Assembly: GCA_965287045.1 (NCBI GenBank)
Contig: OZ336884.1
Span: 16,306,001 to 16,370,000, forward strand
Source of the DNA: Carcharhinus amblyrhynchos
Taxonomy: Eukaryota
DNA length: 64,000 nucleotides
Reading direction: 5' to 3'
Part shown: positions 37,194 to 49,341 of the stretch, piece after piece
Layout: each line of letters starts with the position of its first letter
How positions within the stretch are numbered: the first letter of the stretch is position 1
Program-made: the position numbers and the translations under genes
Notes under the pieces: generated by a model
What the model saw: the letters and a program-made list of their open reading frames with translations, nothing else
Database searches by the model: none
Told to the model about the DNA's origin: nothing

Positions 37194-40100
37194 ATCTTGG
37201 CGGGAAGACTGGCTAAGGCTACCGGGGGGACTTTAAACTAGAAAGGATGGGGGGAGGGAACTGTGATGGGGAAACTGGGACGGAGGAGGTTCGCTCCCAG
37301 GTAGGGGAGGACCGCAGGCAGTATGGGAGGGAGGTTAGACAGGCGGTGGAGATGGGAAATGCCCAGACTGAGGGGCTGAAGTGTATATATTTTAATGCAA
37401 GGAGTATAGTGAATAAGGTAGATGAGCTTAGGGCGTGGATAGCTGTTTGGGATTGTGATGTGGTGGCCATTACGGAGACTTGGATGTCTCAGGGACAGGA
37501 CTGGGCACTTCAGGTGCCAGGCTTCAGGTGCTTCAGGAAGGACAGGGAGGGTGGCAGAAGGGGTGGTGGAGTGGCACTGTTGATCAGGGATAGTGTCATG
37601 GCTACAGAGAAAGAGGATGTCGTGGAGGGATTGTCTACAGAATCTCTGTGGGTGGAAGTTAGGAACAGCAAAGGGTCAAAAACTTTGCTGGGTGTATTCT
37701 ATAGGCCGCCCAATAGTGACAGGGAAGTTGAAGTGCAAATAGGGAAACAGATTCTGGAGAGATGTTTTAATAACAGAGTTGTCGTGATGGGAGACTTCAA
37801 TTTCCCAAACATCGACTGGAATATCCCTAGGGTAAGGGGTATAGATGGGGAGGAGTTTGTTAGGTGTGTTCAGGAAGGTTTCCTGACGCAGTATGTGGAC
37901 AAGCCTACGAGGGGAGAGGCTGTACTTGACCTGGTACTGGCGAATGAACCAGGGCAGGTGATGGATCTTTCGGTAGGTGAGCATCTTGGAAATGGTGACC
38001 ATAATTCTATCTCCTTCACAATTGCGTTGGAACGAGATAGGATCAGGCAGGCTAGGAAGGTGTTTGTCTGGGGTAAGGGGAGATACGAAGAAGTCAGGAA
38101 GTTACTTGGACAAATAAACTGGAAGGAGGCGTTCTTAGGGAAAAGTACCGAAGGAAGGTGGCAGATATTCAAGGAATGTGTGTCTGGAGCTCTGAATGAC
38201 AACGTTCCGATGAGACGAGGGGGTTTTGGTGGGTCGAGGGAACCATGGTGCACAAAGGAAGTGTTGAACCTAGTCAGGAAGAAAAGGAAGGTGTACAAGA
38301 GGTTCAGGGAATTAGGAGATGTTAAAGATCTTGAGGAGTATAAGGACTGTAGGAGGGAACTTAAAAGAGAAATTAGGAGAGCCAGAAGGGGTCATGAGAA
38401 GACCTTGGCGGGTAAGATTAAGGAGAATCCCAAGGCCTTCTATAAATATGTGAAAGGTAAAAGGATAAGAAGAGAAGGGATAGGACCTATAAAAGGTGAG
38501 GGGGGAAAGGTTTGTGTGGAACCAGAAGAAATGGCGGAGGTGCTTAACGAGTACTTCGCCTCAGTATTCACAGTGGAAGCCGATCTGGGAGATTTTGTTA
38601 TGGATTTGCAGCAGATGGAAAGGATTGAGTACGTGAATATTAAGGAGGAGGATGTGTTGGAACTTTTGAATTCTATCAAGGTAGATAAGTCGCCGGGACC
38701 AGATGGGATGTACCCCAGGATACTGTGGGAGGCGAGGGAAGAGATTGCAGAGCCCCTGGCGATGATCTTTGCGTCGTCAATGGAGACGGGAGAGGTTCCA
38801 GAGGATTGGAGGATTGCGGATGTAGTTCCTATTTTCAAGAAAGGGAACAGAGATAGCCCGGGAAATTACCGACCGGTGAGTCTGACCTCAGTGGTTGGTA
38901 AGCTGATGGAGAGGCTTCTGAGGGACAAGATTTACGAACATTTGGAGAGGTTTGACATGATCAGGAATAGTCAGCATGGATTTGTCAAGGGCAGGTCGTG
39001 CCTTACAAGCCTAGTTGAGTTCTTCGATAATGTGACTGAACACATTGACGAAGGAAGTGCCGTGGACGTAGTGTACATGGACTTCAGCAAGGCGTTTGAT
39101 AAGGTCCCCCATGCAAGACTTCTTGAGAAGGTGAGAGGGCATGGGATCCAAGGGCCTTTGGCCTTGTGGATCCAGAACTGGCTTGCCTGCAGAAGGCAGA
39201 GAGTGGTTGTGGATGGGTCTTTTTCTGAATGGAGGTCAGTCACCAGCGGAGTGCCTCAAGGATCTGTTCTGGGACCCTTGTTGTTTGTCATTTTCATAAA
39301 TGACCTGGATGAGGAAGTGGAGGGATGGGTAAGTAAGTTCGCTGATGACACGAAGGTCGGTGGTGTTGTGGATGATCTGGAAGGATGGCAAAAGTTGCAG
39401 CAGGACATAGATAGGATGCAGGACTGGGCGGAGAAGTGGCAGATGGACTTCAACGCGGATAAATGTGTAGTCGTCCATTTTGGCAGAACCAACGGGATGA
39501 ACGAGTACACTATCAAGGGCAGAAGTCTGAGTAGTGTTGAGGAGCAGAAGGATCTTGGGGTCCGGGTCCACAGGACTCTTAAATCGGCCTCGCAGGTGGA
39601 GGAGGTGGTCAAGAAGGCGTATGGTGTACTGGCCTTCATTAATCGAGGGATTGAGTTTAGGAGTCGGGAGGTAATGCTGCAACTTTATAAGACCTTTGTC
39701 AGGCCTCATTTAGAGTATTGTGTGCAGTTCTGGTCGCCTCACTATAGGAAAGATGTAGAAGCTATTGAAAGGGTACAGAGGAGATTTACAAGGATGTTGC
39801 CTGGACTGGGAGGCATGCCTTATGAAGTTAGGTTGAGGGAGCTGGGACTCTTTTCCCTGGAGAGTCGAAGGTTGAGAGGCGACCTGATAGAAGTTTACAA
39901 AATGTTGAGAGGAATAGATAGGGTGGACTCTCAGAGGCTATTTCCCCGGGTTGAAATGGTCGCTACGAGAGGACACAGATTTAAGGTGCGGGGAGGGAGG
40001 TTCAGAAGTGATGTTAGGGGTAAGTTTTTCACTCAGAGGGTGGTGAGTGAATGGAATCGGCTGCCGTCAGTGGTGGTGGAGGCGAACTCGCTGGGGTCTT

Positions 40101-40248
40101 TTAAAAGACTCCTGGATGAGTATATGGGGTTTAATGAGATTGAGGGTTATAGATAGGTCTGTAGGTTGGTAGGTGATGATGTGATCGGCGCAACTTGTGG
40201 GCCGAAGGGCCTGTTTGTGCTGTAGTGTCCTATGTTCTATGTTCTATG
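37194..40248 (+). mobile_element. Young CR1 LINE family B, truncated near the ORF1 end, with (TATGTTC)n tail
   Basis: ORF1 end ILAGRLAKATGGTLN*, complete ORF2, 3' hairpin GGGCCGAAGGGCCT, 7-mer tail. Confidence 0.95.
37247..40156 (+). CDS. CR1 ORF2: APE endonuclease plus reverse transcriptase (family B)
   Basis: 969 aa open frame with NARS, ITETW, YRPP, GDFN, GDH, KSPGPDG, GVPQGSVLGP and FADD. Clearly diverged from family A. Confidence 0.95.
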   Translation: MGGGNCDGETGTEEVRSQVGEDRRQYGREVRQAVEMGNAQTEGLKCIYFNARSIVNKVDELRAWIAVWDCDVVAITETWMSQGQDWALQVPGFRCFRKDREGGRRGGGVALLIRDSVMATEKEDVVEGLSTESLWVEVRNSKGSKTLLGVFYRPPNSDREVEVQIGKQILERCFNNRVVVMGDFNFPNIDWNIPRVRGIDGEEFVRCVQEGFLTQYVDKPTRGEAVLDLVLANEPGQVMDLSVGEHLGNGDHNSISFTIALERDRIRQARKVFVWGKGRYEEVRKLLGQINWKEAFLGKSTEGRWQIFKECVSGALNDNVPMRRGGFGGSREPWCTKEVLNLVRKKRKVYKRFRELGDVKDLEEYKDCRRELKREIRRARRGHEKTLAGKIKENPKAFYKYVKGKRIRREGIGPIKGEGGKVCVEPEEMAEVLNEYFASVFTVEADLGDFVMDLQQMERIEYVNIKEEDVLELLNSIKVDKSPGPDGMYPRILWEAREEIAEPLAMIFASSMETGEVPEDWRIADVVPIFKKGNRDSPGNYRPVSLTSVVGKLMERLLRDKIYEHLERFDMIRNSQHGFVKGRSCLTSLVEFFDNVTEHIDEGSAVDVVYMDFSKAFDKVPHARLLEKVRGHGIQGPLALWIQNWLACRRQRVVVDGSFSEWRSVTSGVPQGSVLGPLLFVIFINDLDEEVEGWVSKFADDTKVGGVVDDLEGWQKLQQDIDRMQDWAEKWQMDFNADKCVVVHFGRTNGMNEYTIKGRSLSSVEEQKDLGVRVHRTLKSASQVEEVVKKAYGVLAFINRGIEFRSREVMLQLYKTFVRPHLEYCVQFWSPHYRKDVEAIERVQRRFTRMLPGLGGMPYEVRLRELGLFSLESRRLRGDLIEVYKMLRGIDRVDSQRLFPRVEMVATRGHRFKVRGGRFRSDVRGKFFTQRVVSEWNRLPSVVVEANSLGSFKRLLDEYMGFNEIEGYR

Positions 40249-41754
40249 TCGACACTATAGTTAAGAAAGCCCATCAATGCCTTTACTTCCTCAGAAGATT
40301 AAGAAAATTTAGCATATCAGCTACGACTTTCTCAACTTTTACAGAACCATAGAAACATTCTTTCTGGTTGTATCACAGCTTGGTATGGCTCCTGCTCTGC
40401 TCAAGACTGCAAAAAACTACAAAAGGTTGTGAATGTATCCCAATCCATCACGCAAACCAGCCTCCACTCCATTGACTCTGTCTACACTTCCCACTGCCTC
40501 AGCAAAGCAACCAGCATAATTAAGGACCCACGCACATTTTCTCACATTTTCTCTTCAACCACCTTCATCCAGGAAAAAGATACAAAAATCTGAGGTCACA
40601 TACCAACCAACTCAATAACAGCTTCTTCCCTCCTGCTGTCAGACTTTTGAATGGACTTGCCTTGTATTAAGTTGATATTTTTCTACACCCTAGCTATGAC
40701 TGTAACACTACATTCTGCACTCTCTTGTTTCTTTCTCTATGAATGGTATGTTTTGTCTGTATAGCGCACAAGAAGCAATACTTTTCATTGTGTTAATACA
40801 TGTGACAATAATAAATCAAAATGCACATGAAAGGCAATTCATAACCAAAACAAAATATAACAACAAATATGGAAAAGGTCATGTTTTCTATAGAAAATAG
40901 GAAGTGTAGAGTATTGAATGGTTGGGATTGGAATTTTGAGAGCTAATTATTCAAGAGGTGGGAGAAATGAAAGGAGGTGTCATGACCAAGATTGATCTGG
41001 GAGGATGGAGAGAAAATAAATGATGGGCTTTGATCCAGAGCAGGAGCCAAAATACTGTGGACAGACTCACGTCTACATCCATTCCTACTCTTTGTAAATT
41101 TGCATTCTAAAACTGCCCTCTGTACTAAGTTCCATTCTTCAACCCTAAACCCTGTGTTCAATGACCTATGTGACTCCCAATTCAGCCACACCTCATTTTA
41201 AATTCTCATCTGTGTTTTTAAATCCTGCATGGTTTCTCCTATCTAATCTGGTGCAGCCCCACAACTTTGACGTCTGTGCTCTGCTAACTCTCAACTTGTG
41301 AGCACCCCCAATGTTAACCGCCACACCATTGGGGCCATGCATTGAGCTCCCTAGGCTGCAATTCCTTCCCTTATATTTTTTGTCTCTCTTGCTTTCCTCC
41401 TTGTAAGACACACCTTCAAAATCTAATAACTCCCTAATGTGGTGCAATGTCATTTTGCATAGTAGCACTTCCGTGCCTTGGGCAGTTTATTTATATAGTG
41501 CCATTAAAGTAATACAAATTACTAATTTCCTTTGCCTGTTCACCATTTCCTTTTAAAATTGACCTCTGATAGCACTTTTGTCACACTTCCTCAAATCCTT
41601 TTTATTCTTGATGCTTAATTAGATTAGTCCTCTGAAAGGTTTTGAGACAATTCCCTACATTTACATGTCAGTCCACAGTACCTACTTCTGACCTCTTGTT
41701 ATATTTCAGGTCAGGAAATCCACTGTTTTATTAAGTCTGCCTGGATCATAAGAC

Positions 41755-42525
41755 TTGCTGTTTGAATTTGGCCAAGCTGAGCTGAGCGATGTTTTACTTT
41801 AGGTATGAATCGAATGACCTGCTAGGGAGCTTTAATCAAACAAAGTATATTTAAGTATACAATTAACATGTATAGAAAGTTAGCAATAACTATTACCAGT
41901 TACAAAGAAATATTGTATAAACCTTAACAGCTAAATAAATCCCAACCAAAAAATGCCAATAAGAAAACCTTTATTACAGGCTTGGCACAGAAAATACAAA
42001 TGCTCACGTGATGCTGGCACTTAGTCCTTTGGTTGGATGCTGCAGTTCTCTTGGTACAAACAAACAAACTTGAAGTCAGAACAGCTTCCAAAAACACCAG
42101 AAAGAGGAGTTCTAGGTACTAACTAGTAAGCCACGAAAAACAGAATTCTCTCTCCAGGAACGCAAGAAACCTTGCTTCTATCTAGACAGCAGAATTTACA
42201 ATCCCAGGGAGAGACACAACCAGGATAGCTTCTGACTCTAAACCAAAATTGAAAGCAAATCCTTGGATTCTTCTAGGGAGGAGCCACTGGACTGCGATTT
42301 GTCAATCAATCTTCCCCTTCACAGTGCAGGGTCATTAAAAAGTCCCAGAAAGTTTCTGAGACTCCGAGTAAAAGAAAAAATAAGCAAACCCTATTTAAAC
42401 CATTTGAAGCAACAATAAAAGGGCTTCTAGCAGGCATTTTAGCAACAATGAAAAAACCCAAAGCTGCTTAATTGCAGAGAACATCATTTTTAAAGAAACG
42501 TTTCTTAAAGACACACTAACATCAC
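41755..42525 (-). mobile_element. Possible solo LTR
   Basis: The minus strand begins TGTGATGTTAGTGTGTCTTTAAGAAA, with LTR-like composition. Left boundary and TSD not resolved. Confidence 0.3.
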
Positions 42526-45149
42526 ACTCTATGTAGTTTTATATTGGTGGTGATGGGTGAATGGGTAAAAAGTATCAGCATAATGAGCTGCAGAATATGC
42601 AAAACTAAATACAGCTTGAGCATTGGGGATTTTTAATGTATTCAATTGTAGATTTGTGGTAATTCATAAAATAGAAATTCTATTTGTATGTAAATTAAGT
42701 AGTTTTGGGACACCTTTTTATATCAAGAATTTGACTTTCAGACTCTGCCTTGTTTTGAAAGGGTAGGGCTTCAAAAGAAATGTGAACATACAGCCACTTG
42801 TAAATAAGCTTTCATGGGATTTATTTATTATCTGTGAAGATTAAGATCACATTCTGGTTAAATGGCACTTCAGATCACCTTCCAGTTGCAATCCGATTTA
42901 CACACTGGTGGGATAATGATTTAAATTTTAGCTGGGTAGAATGTTATTTCAGATGTTAACCATTCTGACCAAGGTCTTGGCTATTCAATTCAATAGCTAT
43001 TCAGTTCCTGTCTTAGTTTGTTCATTTGTAAATTTATTCCACTCTGTCTATTCTACTATGTATCTTGTTTACCGGTTCCCAACCTCATTTGTAACATTTC
43101 CTCATAACCCCGCCTTATCCTGCATTACTTGCAGGAATTCAATGTTTTAAGATTCCGTATGACTGAAGTGGTGTACGCTTTTTATGCTTGACTTTTGAAT
43201 TCTAATATTTGCTACAGTACTCTACTGCTTTATAGTCTCTCGCGCTGGCTTTCATGCATCGTTTACTGCTGGGATTAGTGAATTTATTCCAGATCTCTTT
43301 CATCCCCAGCTGCTTTGACTTCATTTATTAAATAAATATATCTCATTTTTCATTGTGTGTAATACCTTGACTGGATTTCATCTGCCACAACTCTTATCCG
43401 CTTGCAGTTTCCAAATAGATCCTCCTTTGTTCCATGGCCGCTCTGCAAGATTTATTTGGATTAAATCCCTGATGTATTACAGGGTTGGTTGGCTCTCCAC
43501 CACGAGATACCACAGGTTTCGTTTGCTGAGATTGAATACAGTCGCGTCCGTCCCTATGAGGAAGATTCAACGGCGACTAGTTTGGATTAAAGCTGCTTGC
43601 TTTTAAACCTCCGGTACAGGAGAGTTTAGTTGCAACATGCATGCAGTGACATGGAGTCTGTTTTATAGGATGAAACACTTGTATTTCTTTTTGAAGTGAC
43701 ATTGAACAACCAAGAGCCCCAACTGAAATGAATACCACCAACCTGCTGACAAAGCCTGAATACATTATAGAAATATTATTTATATTAATGGTGTTTTCAG
43801 TACTGACATGGAAAGTCTCGAGTGTACCAGTAGACACCATATGGCTACTACAGATCGGCCAGGGCCATCCATGGGCCAATGTTTTCATGGAAGAGAAATA
43901 GGCAGTTGAGTTGAGCGATCCCTTGTTCATCTGCTGCCTATTTAATGATAATTGTATAACTATTGTGCACAGTAGCTGTAGTTTGAAGGGAAGCATTTCA
44001 GTCTAGTTTAAATGTGACTTCAGTTCACATTATCCAGTTGGCTGCTCACTCATTTCCCCAATCAATGGGGGTGGCAGTGACAAAGTGGATTTTTTGTCTC
44101 GGCCTCTAGTTTCCTGGGTTGGCAAATGGAAATTGTGGTGACCACTAGATAAGTGTAGCTGTTCCTAGGGAGATGAGTTCGTAGAACAGAGTCCCTTTCT
44201 GATATCCTTTGAAGTGGTGCAACAAGCCAATCCAATGGAATAAACAGTTTTAAAATGCAGCATCAGTGAACATGCAATCAAGCAATAGACTGAGGTTGTC
44301 ATATTCTCAATCATGTCAGTTAGGCAACATCCCAGAGTCTTCCATTATAATCAACAGGTGACTATTGACCTAATCCAATGCTACAAAATAGGAAGGTCTC
44401 TGGGTAACGCAGAACAAGAAAACATCTTGCTGATTATCACCCTCCCTCCACCTTCCTGGACCACCTGTACTGTTTGTTGACCACCGTTTGAGGAGACAAT
44501 GAGGCACCCCTTGGCGTAGGTGCCATGATCAGTGAGCGTTGTGCACTGCTGAGTGAGTTTATTGTATCCAGAAGGACATAGATGCCAAACCCAGGCTTAC
44601 ATTACATAAGGAAGGAAATTAATAAAAGGGAGTAGACTATTTAACTGTATCAGCACCAACATACATCTGTTCGCAATAGAGCCAATAAGTGCAATAACTG
44701 GAATGTTCTGATTCTTTAAAGACACTCTTCATTAAGATACTGAAGACATTGCTGCTGTTTTTTGTAAGATAGAGCAAGAGCAGGGCAAAACTGAGCAGCC
44801 ATGAGGTGATGTTGGTTATCAGCCACCGCAAAGATGTATACCACCATGATCAATATTAATGATGAATAGATAGGTAATTTGTCTGCAGTGGGTACCCTGT
44901 AGTGAATATACTCAATCTGATTAGCCATTTGGTACACACAGAATTCACAAACTAGAATTAGACAAGCCATATGCTGTAGTGTTTTGCTTGTTTGTATTAA
45001 ATGCCCATACAGTCTGTCTTCTGAGATTGTGTCAGATATATGACCCCTATTTCCTGGGATTAATTACCCAGTATACCCCAAGCTGTCATTGACGCCAAGT
45101 GGCCTGCTCTTGATAATTGCAAGAGAGGTCCGAGCCAGAAGACAATGCA

Positions 45150-45570
45150 TTAAGAGCTACTCAAATTAAAGTCTAACAGGCTGCTAAATGGTGCCCTAAT
45201 GACTGTCTATGACTTGTGCCGGAACATCCAGATGTCTTTTGACATAAGAAATGCTATGGGTATGGATGAAGAAATAAAAAGATACTCAGCCCATCATAGG
45301 GGCATGGGAGATGATCACCAACTGCAATAAGTAGTTGGAGAGATGGGTGGAATAGTACCTTGAGTTCTACTCTAGGGTGAACACTCACTGAGGAGGTTCT
45401 AGCCACCAGAGAAAGCCTGTCTGACAGATTTGTATATTGAATTCACAATAGAAGAATGTAACAAAGCTATTGACTTGCTTTCCATGGGCAAAGCTCCAGG
45501 TAATGATGTGATAGCACCTGATCTCAAGCATAGAAACTGGCCACCTGCTACATCTGCACTAACTTCTGTC
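45150..45570 (+). mobile_element. Degenerate RTE-clade LINE fragment
   Basis: ORF 45430 contains EECNKAIDLLSMGKAPGND, an RTE-type pre-RT motif. Confidence 0.55.
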
Positions 45571-45649
45571 TCCATTGGAAAGTGGCTTCAGGTTCTCCCA
45601 AGTTTAAAGGTATTTGACAAGCTGGGGAGAAGATCTAAGTTACAATGGT

Positions 45650-46760
45650 AAGATTTGAGGGAGGAGATTTGAGGCAACAAGGTCTTCTGGTTGGAGGAGG
45701 GGAGAAGGTAGGTCAGTTTGGGCATATGAAGATGGACCGGGGCAGAGTAAGGATGAGTTGGGCTGGGCCTCTGGGTGTGGGGACATGTTGAACCTCTGTG
45801 GCTGGGCGTGTGTCAGGCCTCTGGAGGTAGTGTTGGGAAGGACAAGAGTGGGTTGAGTGGAGACTATGTGGGTTGGGGATGTGCCAGGTCAGGCCTCTGA
45901 ATGTTGTGGGGGGGGGGGGGTGGATGAGGTTGGGTCAGTTGGGAAAGGGAGAGTGGTGTGGCTTGTGGCAGTGGTTGTGGGGGGGAGGTGGTGGACAAGG
46001 GTGGTTGTGGTGGGTCCTGTTTAGTTTTAAAGTTTATTTATTAGTGTCACAAGCAGGCTTACATTAACGCTGCAATGAAAATCTCTTTGTCGTCACACTT
46101 GGGCGCCTCTTCGGGTACACTGAGGGAGAATTTAGCATGATCAATGCATCTAACCAGCACATCTTTCAGACTGTGGGAGGAAACCAGAGCTCCCGGAGGA
46201 AACCCACACAGACACGGGGAGAACGTGCAAACTCTACACAGACAGTGACCCAAGCTGGGAATCGAACCCAGGTCCCTGGCGCTGTGAAGCAGTGGTGCTA
46301 ACCATTGCGCCACTGCGCCGCCCTAGTGTGAAGATGGGTCAGGTCCAGCCTCTGAGGGTAGCAGGTGTGGGACAGAGCCTCCGAAGGGGTGTAGAGAGGG
46401 TGGGAATGGATGTAAAGGTCGGGGGGTCAGTCCTTGATGGGGAAGAGTACCAATGAGGGGGAATTCTGTGCGGTTAAGAGAATCCCTTTGGGGAATCTGA
46501 GGGGGACCTGTTGGGGAATGCAGGGGTTGGGTAGGGGACCCCTTGTAGTGAAGTCCCTTATGTGGGTATAATTAGGGAGTCCCGTGTATGTGAGTAGGCA
46601 GTGGAGTCAGAGTGTGGCTGTGATATATTGGGATGAGGGATTCCTGCATCTGGGGGTAGTTAGGGAGTCCTGTGGGTGGGGTAGGAGATGTGAGATTAAC
46701 TGGAGTATTTGCAGGATTTGGGATTGGGAGTGGGGGAGCCCCTGAGTGGTTCTGTTCTGT
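45650..46760 (+). repeat. G-rich low-complexity tract with an embedded SINE
   Basis: Many G3-G13 runs with strong G skew. Confidence 0.5.
46029..46323 (-). mobile_element. V-SINE with Rex-like tail
   Basis: Same structure as 33970-34233, 50496-50763 and 57047-57329. Confidence 0.8.
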
Positions 46761-47030
46761 TATCAGAGAAACTGAATAGAGCTGGACACTGCTGAATGAT
46801 CAACAATCCCAGTCTGACTGTGATGGAGAGAAGATCCATATTGAAGCAACTGGAGATGATTGAGCTCAGGACCAGCCCCAGGGCCTCAGGGTCTTTGATT
46901 TGTGAAAACCAGAAACATCTTGAATAGTACACACTAAAACCTCAATCACAGGAGGCTCTTACATTTTAACTTCATTGTTCTAACTCAATGACTCAGGGTT
47001 CTTGTTGCTAGTCAAATTGATGCCAGGACA

Positions 47031-47347
47031 TCATGATGGCACAATGGTTAGCATTGCTGTTTCACAGTGCCAGGGAACTGGGTTCGGTTCTGGCTTCAGG
47101 TGACTGGAGGAGTTTGTATATTCTCCCTGATCTGTGTGAGCTTCCTACAGACGTTGCGGTTTCCTCCCACAATCCAAAGATGTGCGGGTTAGGTTGATTG
47201 GGCATGCTGTAGGCCCATTAGTTTCAGGGGATTGGTAGGGTAAATATTTGGGGTTACAGGGATAGGGCCTGAGTGGGATTGTTGTCAGTGCAGGCTTGAT
47301 GAGTTGAATGGCCTCTTTCTGCATGGTAGGGATTCTATGAAATTCTA
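47031..47347 (+). mobile_element. HE1-like SINE (CR1-type tail)
   Basis: tRNA head, core, and tail GAATGGCCTCTTTCTGCATGGTAGGGATTCTATGA. Confidence 0.8.
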
Positions 47348-47875
47348 CCCTGATGTTTACTATACCCCCTCTATCCCCTAGAACAGCTTCTCCCTGTCAC
47401 AGGCTATAAAAAAACTAAAAAGATCAGAACAATAGGACAAAGTTATAGATAAAAAATTGTATCTTATCCATAATATATAGAAAAGGAAAGTCAAATATTT
47501 ATAATCCTGGATTTAATAGGGTCTTGAAAGTTAAGCAATTTTGTATTTATGACATTTAGATTTTTGTTCTGTATTACACATACTAAAATTGGACTGCATT
47601 CAACAATGATCTGTGCCATTCTAGCACTGGTTTCCATGCTGCTCCTGTCATGTGGTACATGGTTACTAACAAGGTAACACAATACCTCTTCAGAGTCGAG
47701 CATTACTCATAGACCTCCGTTCGGAAACAGTTCAACAAAAGATTTAGCGGAAATTAATTGTGTTATGGAGTCAGTTGGACTCAGTGAACTGTGAGGTTCT
47801 GTAAAAGGTCTGCAGGTTCCATTGTTCTACACCTCTGCTTGTGCTAGGACCGAAGGCAGGTTTGACAATTCTGTG

Positions 47876-47929
47876 ATGGCAGAAAAGAAAAGCTGTGAAC
47901 AATCCACCAAACCAGAGGATGATCTAGGT
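47876..47929 (+). CDS. TMPRSS7: TMPRSS7 putative first coding exon (MAEKKSCEQSTKPEDDLG)
   Basis: Acceptor TGCTAG ending 47847, ATG at 47876, GGT|GTAAGT donor. Phase 0 matches the next exon, and the size is similar to the short mammalian first coding segment. Confidence 0.6.
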
Positions 47930-48403
47930 GTAAGTGTAAGTGCACAAGATTCTTGTTAAGTAAAGAACTCATTAAAACACTTTTCTATTTGGGTTTCAGT
48001 AACTGATTATGAAATGCTAATGTATTGAAGAAGTGTTTAATAGCAGTGAAGAATAATTTTACAAATTAGAAAGGCTGATTTAGGAATGAATGTCAAAATT
48101 AAATATATTTGGTGTGTAATATTTGTGCAGAGTCTGATATTTATGAAGTGAGTTGATAATTGGTCAGCCTATTTCACTGCAGAGGATTCAGTAGATTTAT
48201 AATTACTGTAGATTGTATAAGAGAACCTCATTTTTACAATGCCAAGAAATTGGTTTTTTTTGCATATTCTCAGCATATAAATTGACCTTTTTCAGCCATT
48301 CTCACATTAGAAAACCTCAATTTTTTGCTCCACAAATGCATGTTTGACTTACCTTATAACTGAGTGCAAGGGATCAAGCAGACTGTACACCTCTTTCTAG
48401 AAA

Positions 48404-48706
48404 GGGTGGCACAGTGGTTAGCACTGCTGCCTCACAGCGCCAGAGATCCGGGTTCAATTCTGGCTTTGGGTCATTATATGTGTGGAGTTTGCACGTTCTC
48501 CCCACGTCTGCATGAGTTTCCTCCAGGTGCTCCCGTTTCCTCCCACAGTCCAAAAGTGCAGGTTAGGTTGATTGGTCGTGTTAAATTGCCCTAGGGTACT
48601 AGCAGGGTAAATGTGTGGGGTTATGGAGATAGGGCCTGGGTAGGATTATTGTCAGTGCAGGCTTAATAGGCCAAACGCCCTTCTGCACGGTAGGGATTCT
48701 ATGATT
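48404..48706 (+). mobile_element. HE1-like SINE
   Basis: A/B boxes, core and GATTCTATGA tail. Confidence 0.8.
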
Positions 48707-49065
48707 TTACAGGCTGCATTATGAAGCTAGTTTCAAGCTAAAATATTGGCTAACTTGTCAAATAACTTATGTTGGCTTGAGGGAATTTGGTTAGTGAAAA
48801 ACTGGTGTGAGAATGGAAGAAGGCAGCATCTTCCCTGCCCTAAATGTATCATGAGAACAGGAAGCAGCCATTGGCCCGATCTTGAGAAGCAGGTATGAGA
48901 ATTTGTCTTTGAAAATTGTCCGAATGATTACATTGTCACCAGAAATGCAGTGCGGTTATAAAGATTTAAGTAGGACAAATGAAACGCCGTTCAGCAAAGA
49001 TTTCAGAGAGACAGCTAAATGGTGGAGCCGCTTTATGGAATGTAAATATCTCGTGTTGTGGCAGA

Positions 49066-49341
49066 AGAACAAAGAACAAAGAACAAAAACAGCCCGGGAA
49101 ACAGGCCCTTTGGCCCAACGAGCCCGCGCCGCCATCTCAACACCACTAGTCCCTCTCTCCACCCATGACCCTTGTCTAATGTTTTATGGCCATCCACATT
49201 GAGGGAAACTAATTTAGGGACAATTTATTCCTGCCAATCAGCCCAATAGCACATCTTTGGGGTGTGGGAGAAAACCGGAGCACCCGGAGAAAACCCACGC
49301 AAGCACGGGGAGAATGCGCAAACTCCCACAGACACTGGCCC
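49066..49341 (-). mobile_element. V-SINE variant with (TTCTTTG)n tail, 5'-truncated
   Basis: Shared core. Tail on the minus strand reads GGGCCAAAGGGCCTGTTTCCCGGGCTGTTTTTG(TTCTTTG)n. Confidence 0.7.

Larger units (their letters stand above)
36330..40821 (+). mobile_element. Degenerate Rex1/Babar LINE split by CR1 family B (host parts ~36330-37193 and ~40248-40821)
   Basis: [29 protein letters not shown]-like RT motifs and KFVDD. The host rejoins as TGGTCCCCACAT|GTCGACACTATAGTTAAGAAAGCCCA and ends CATGTGACAATAATAAATCAAA. Confidence 0.8.
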
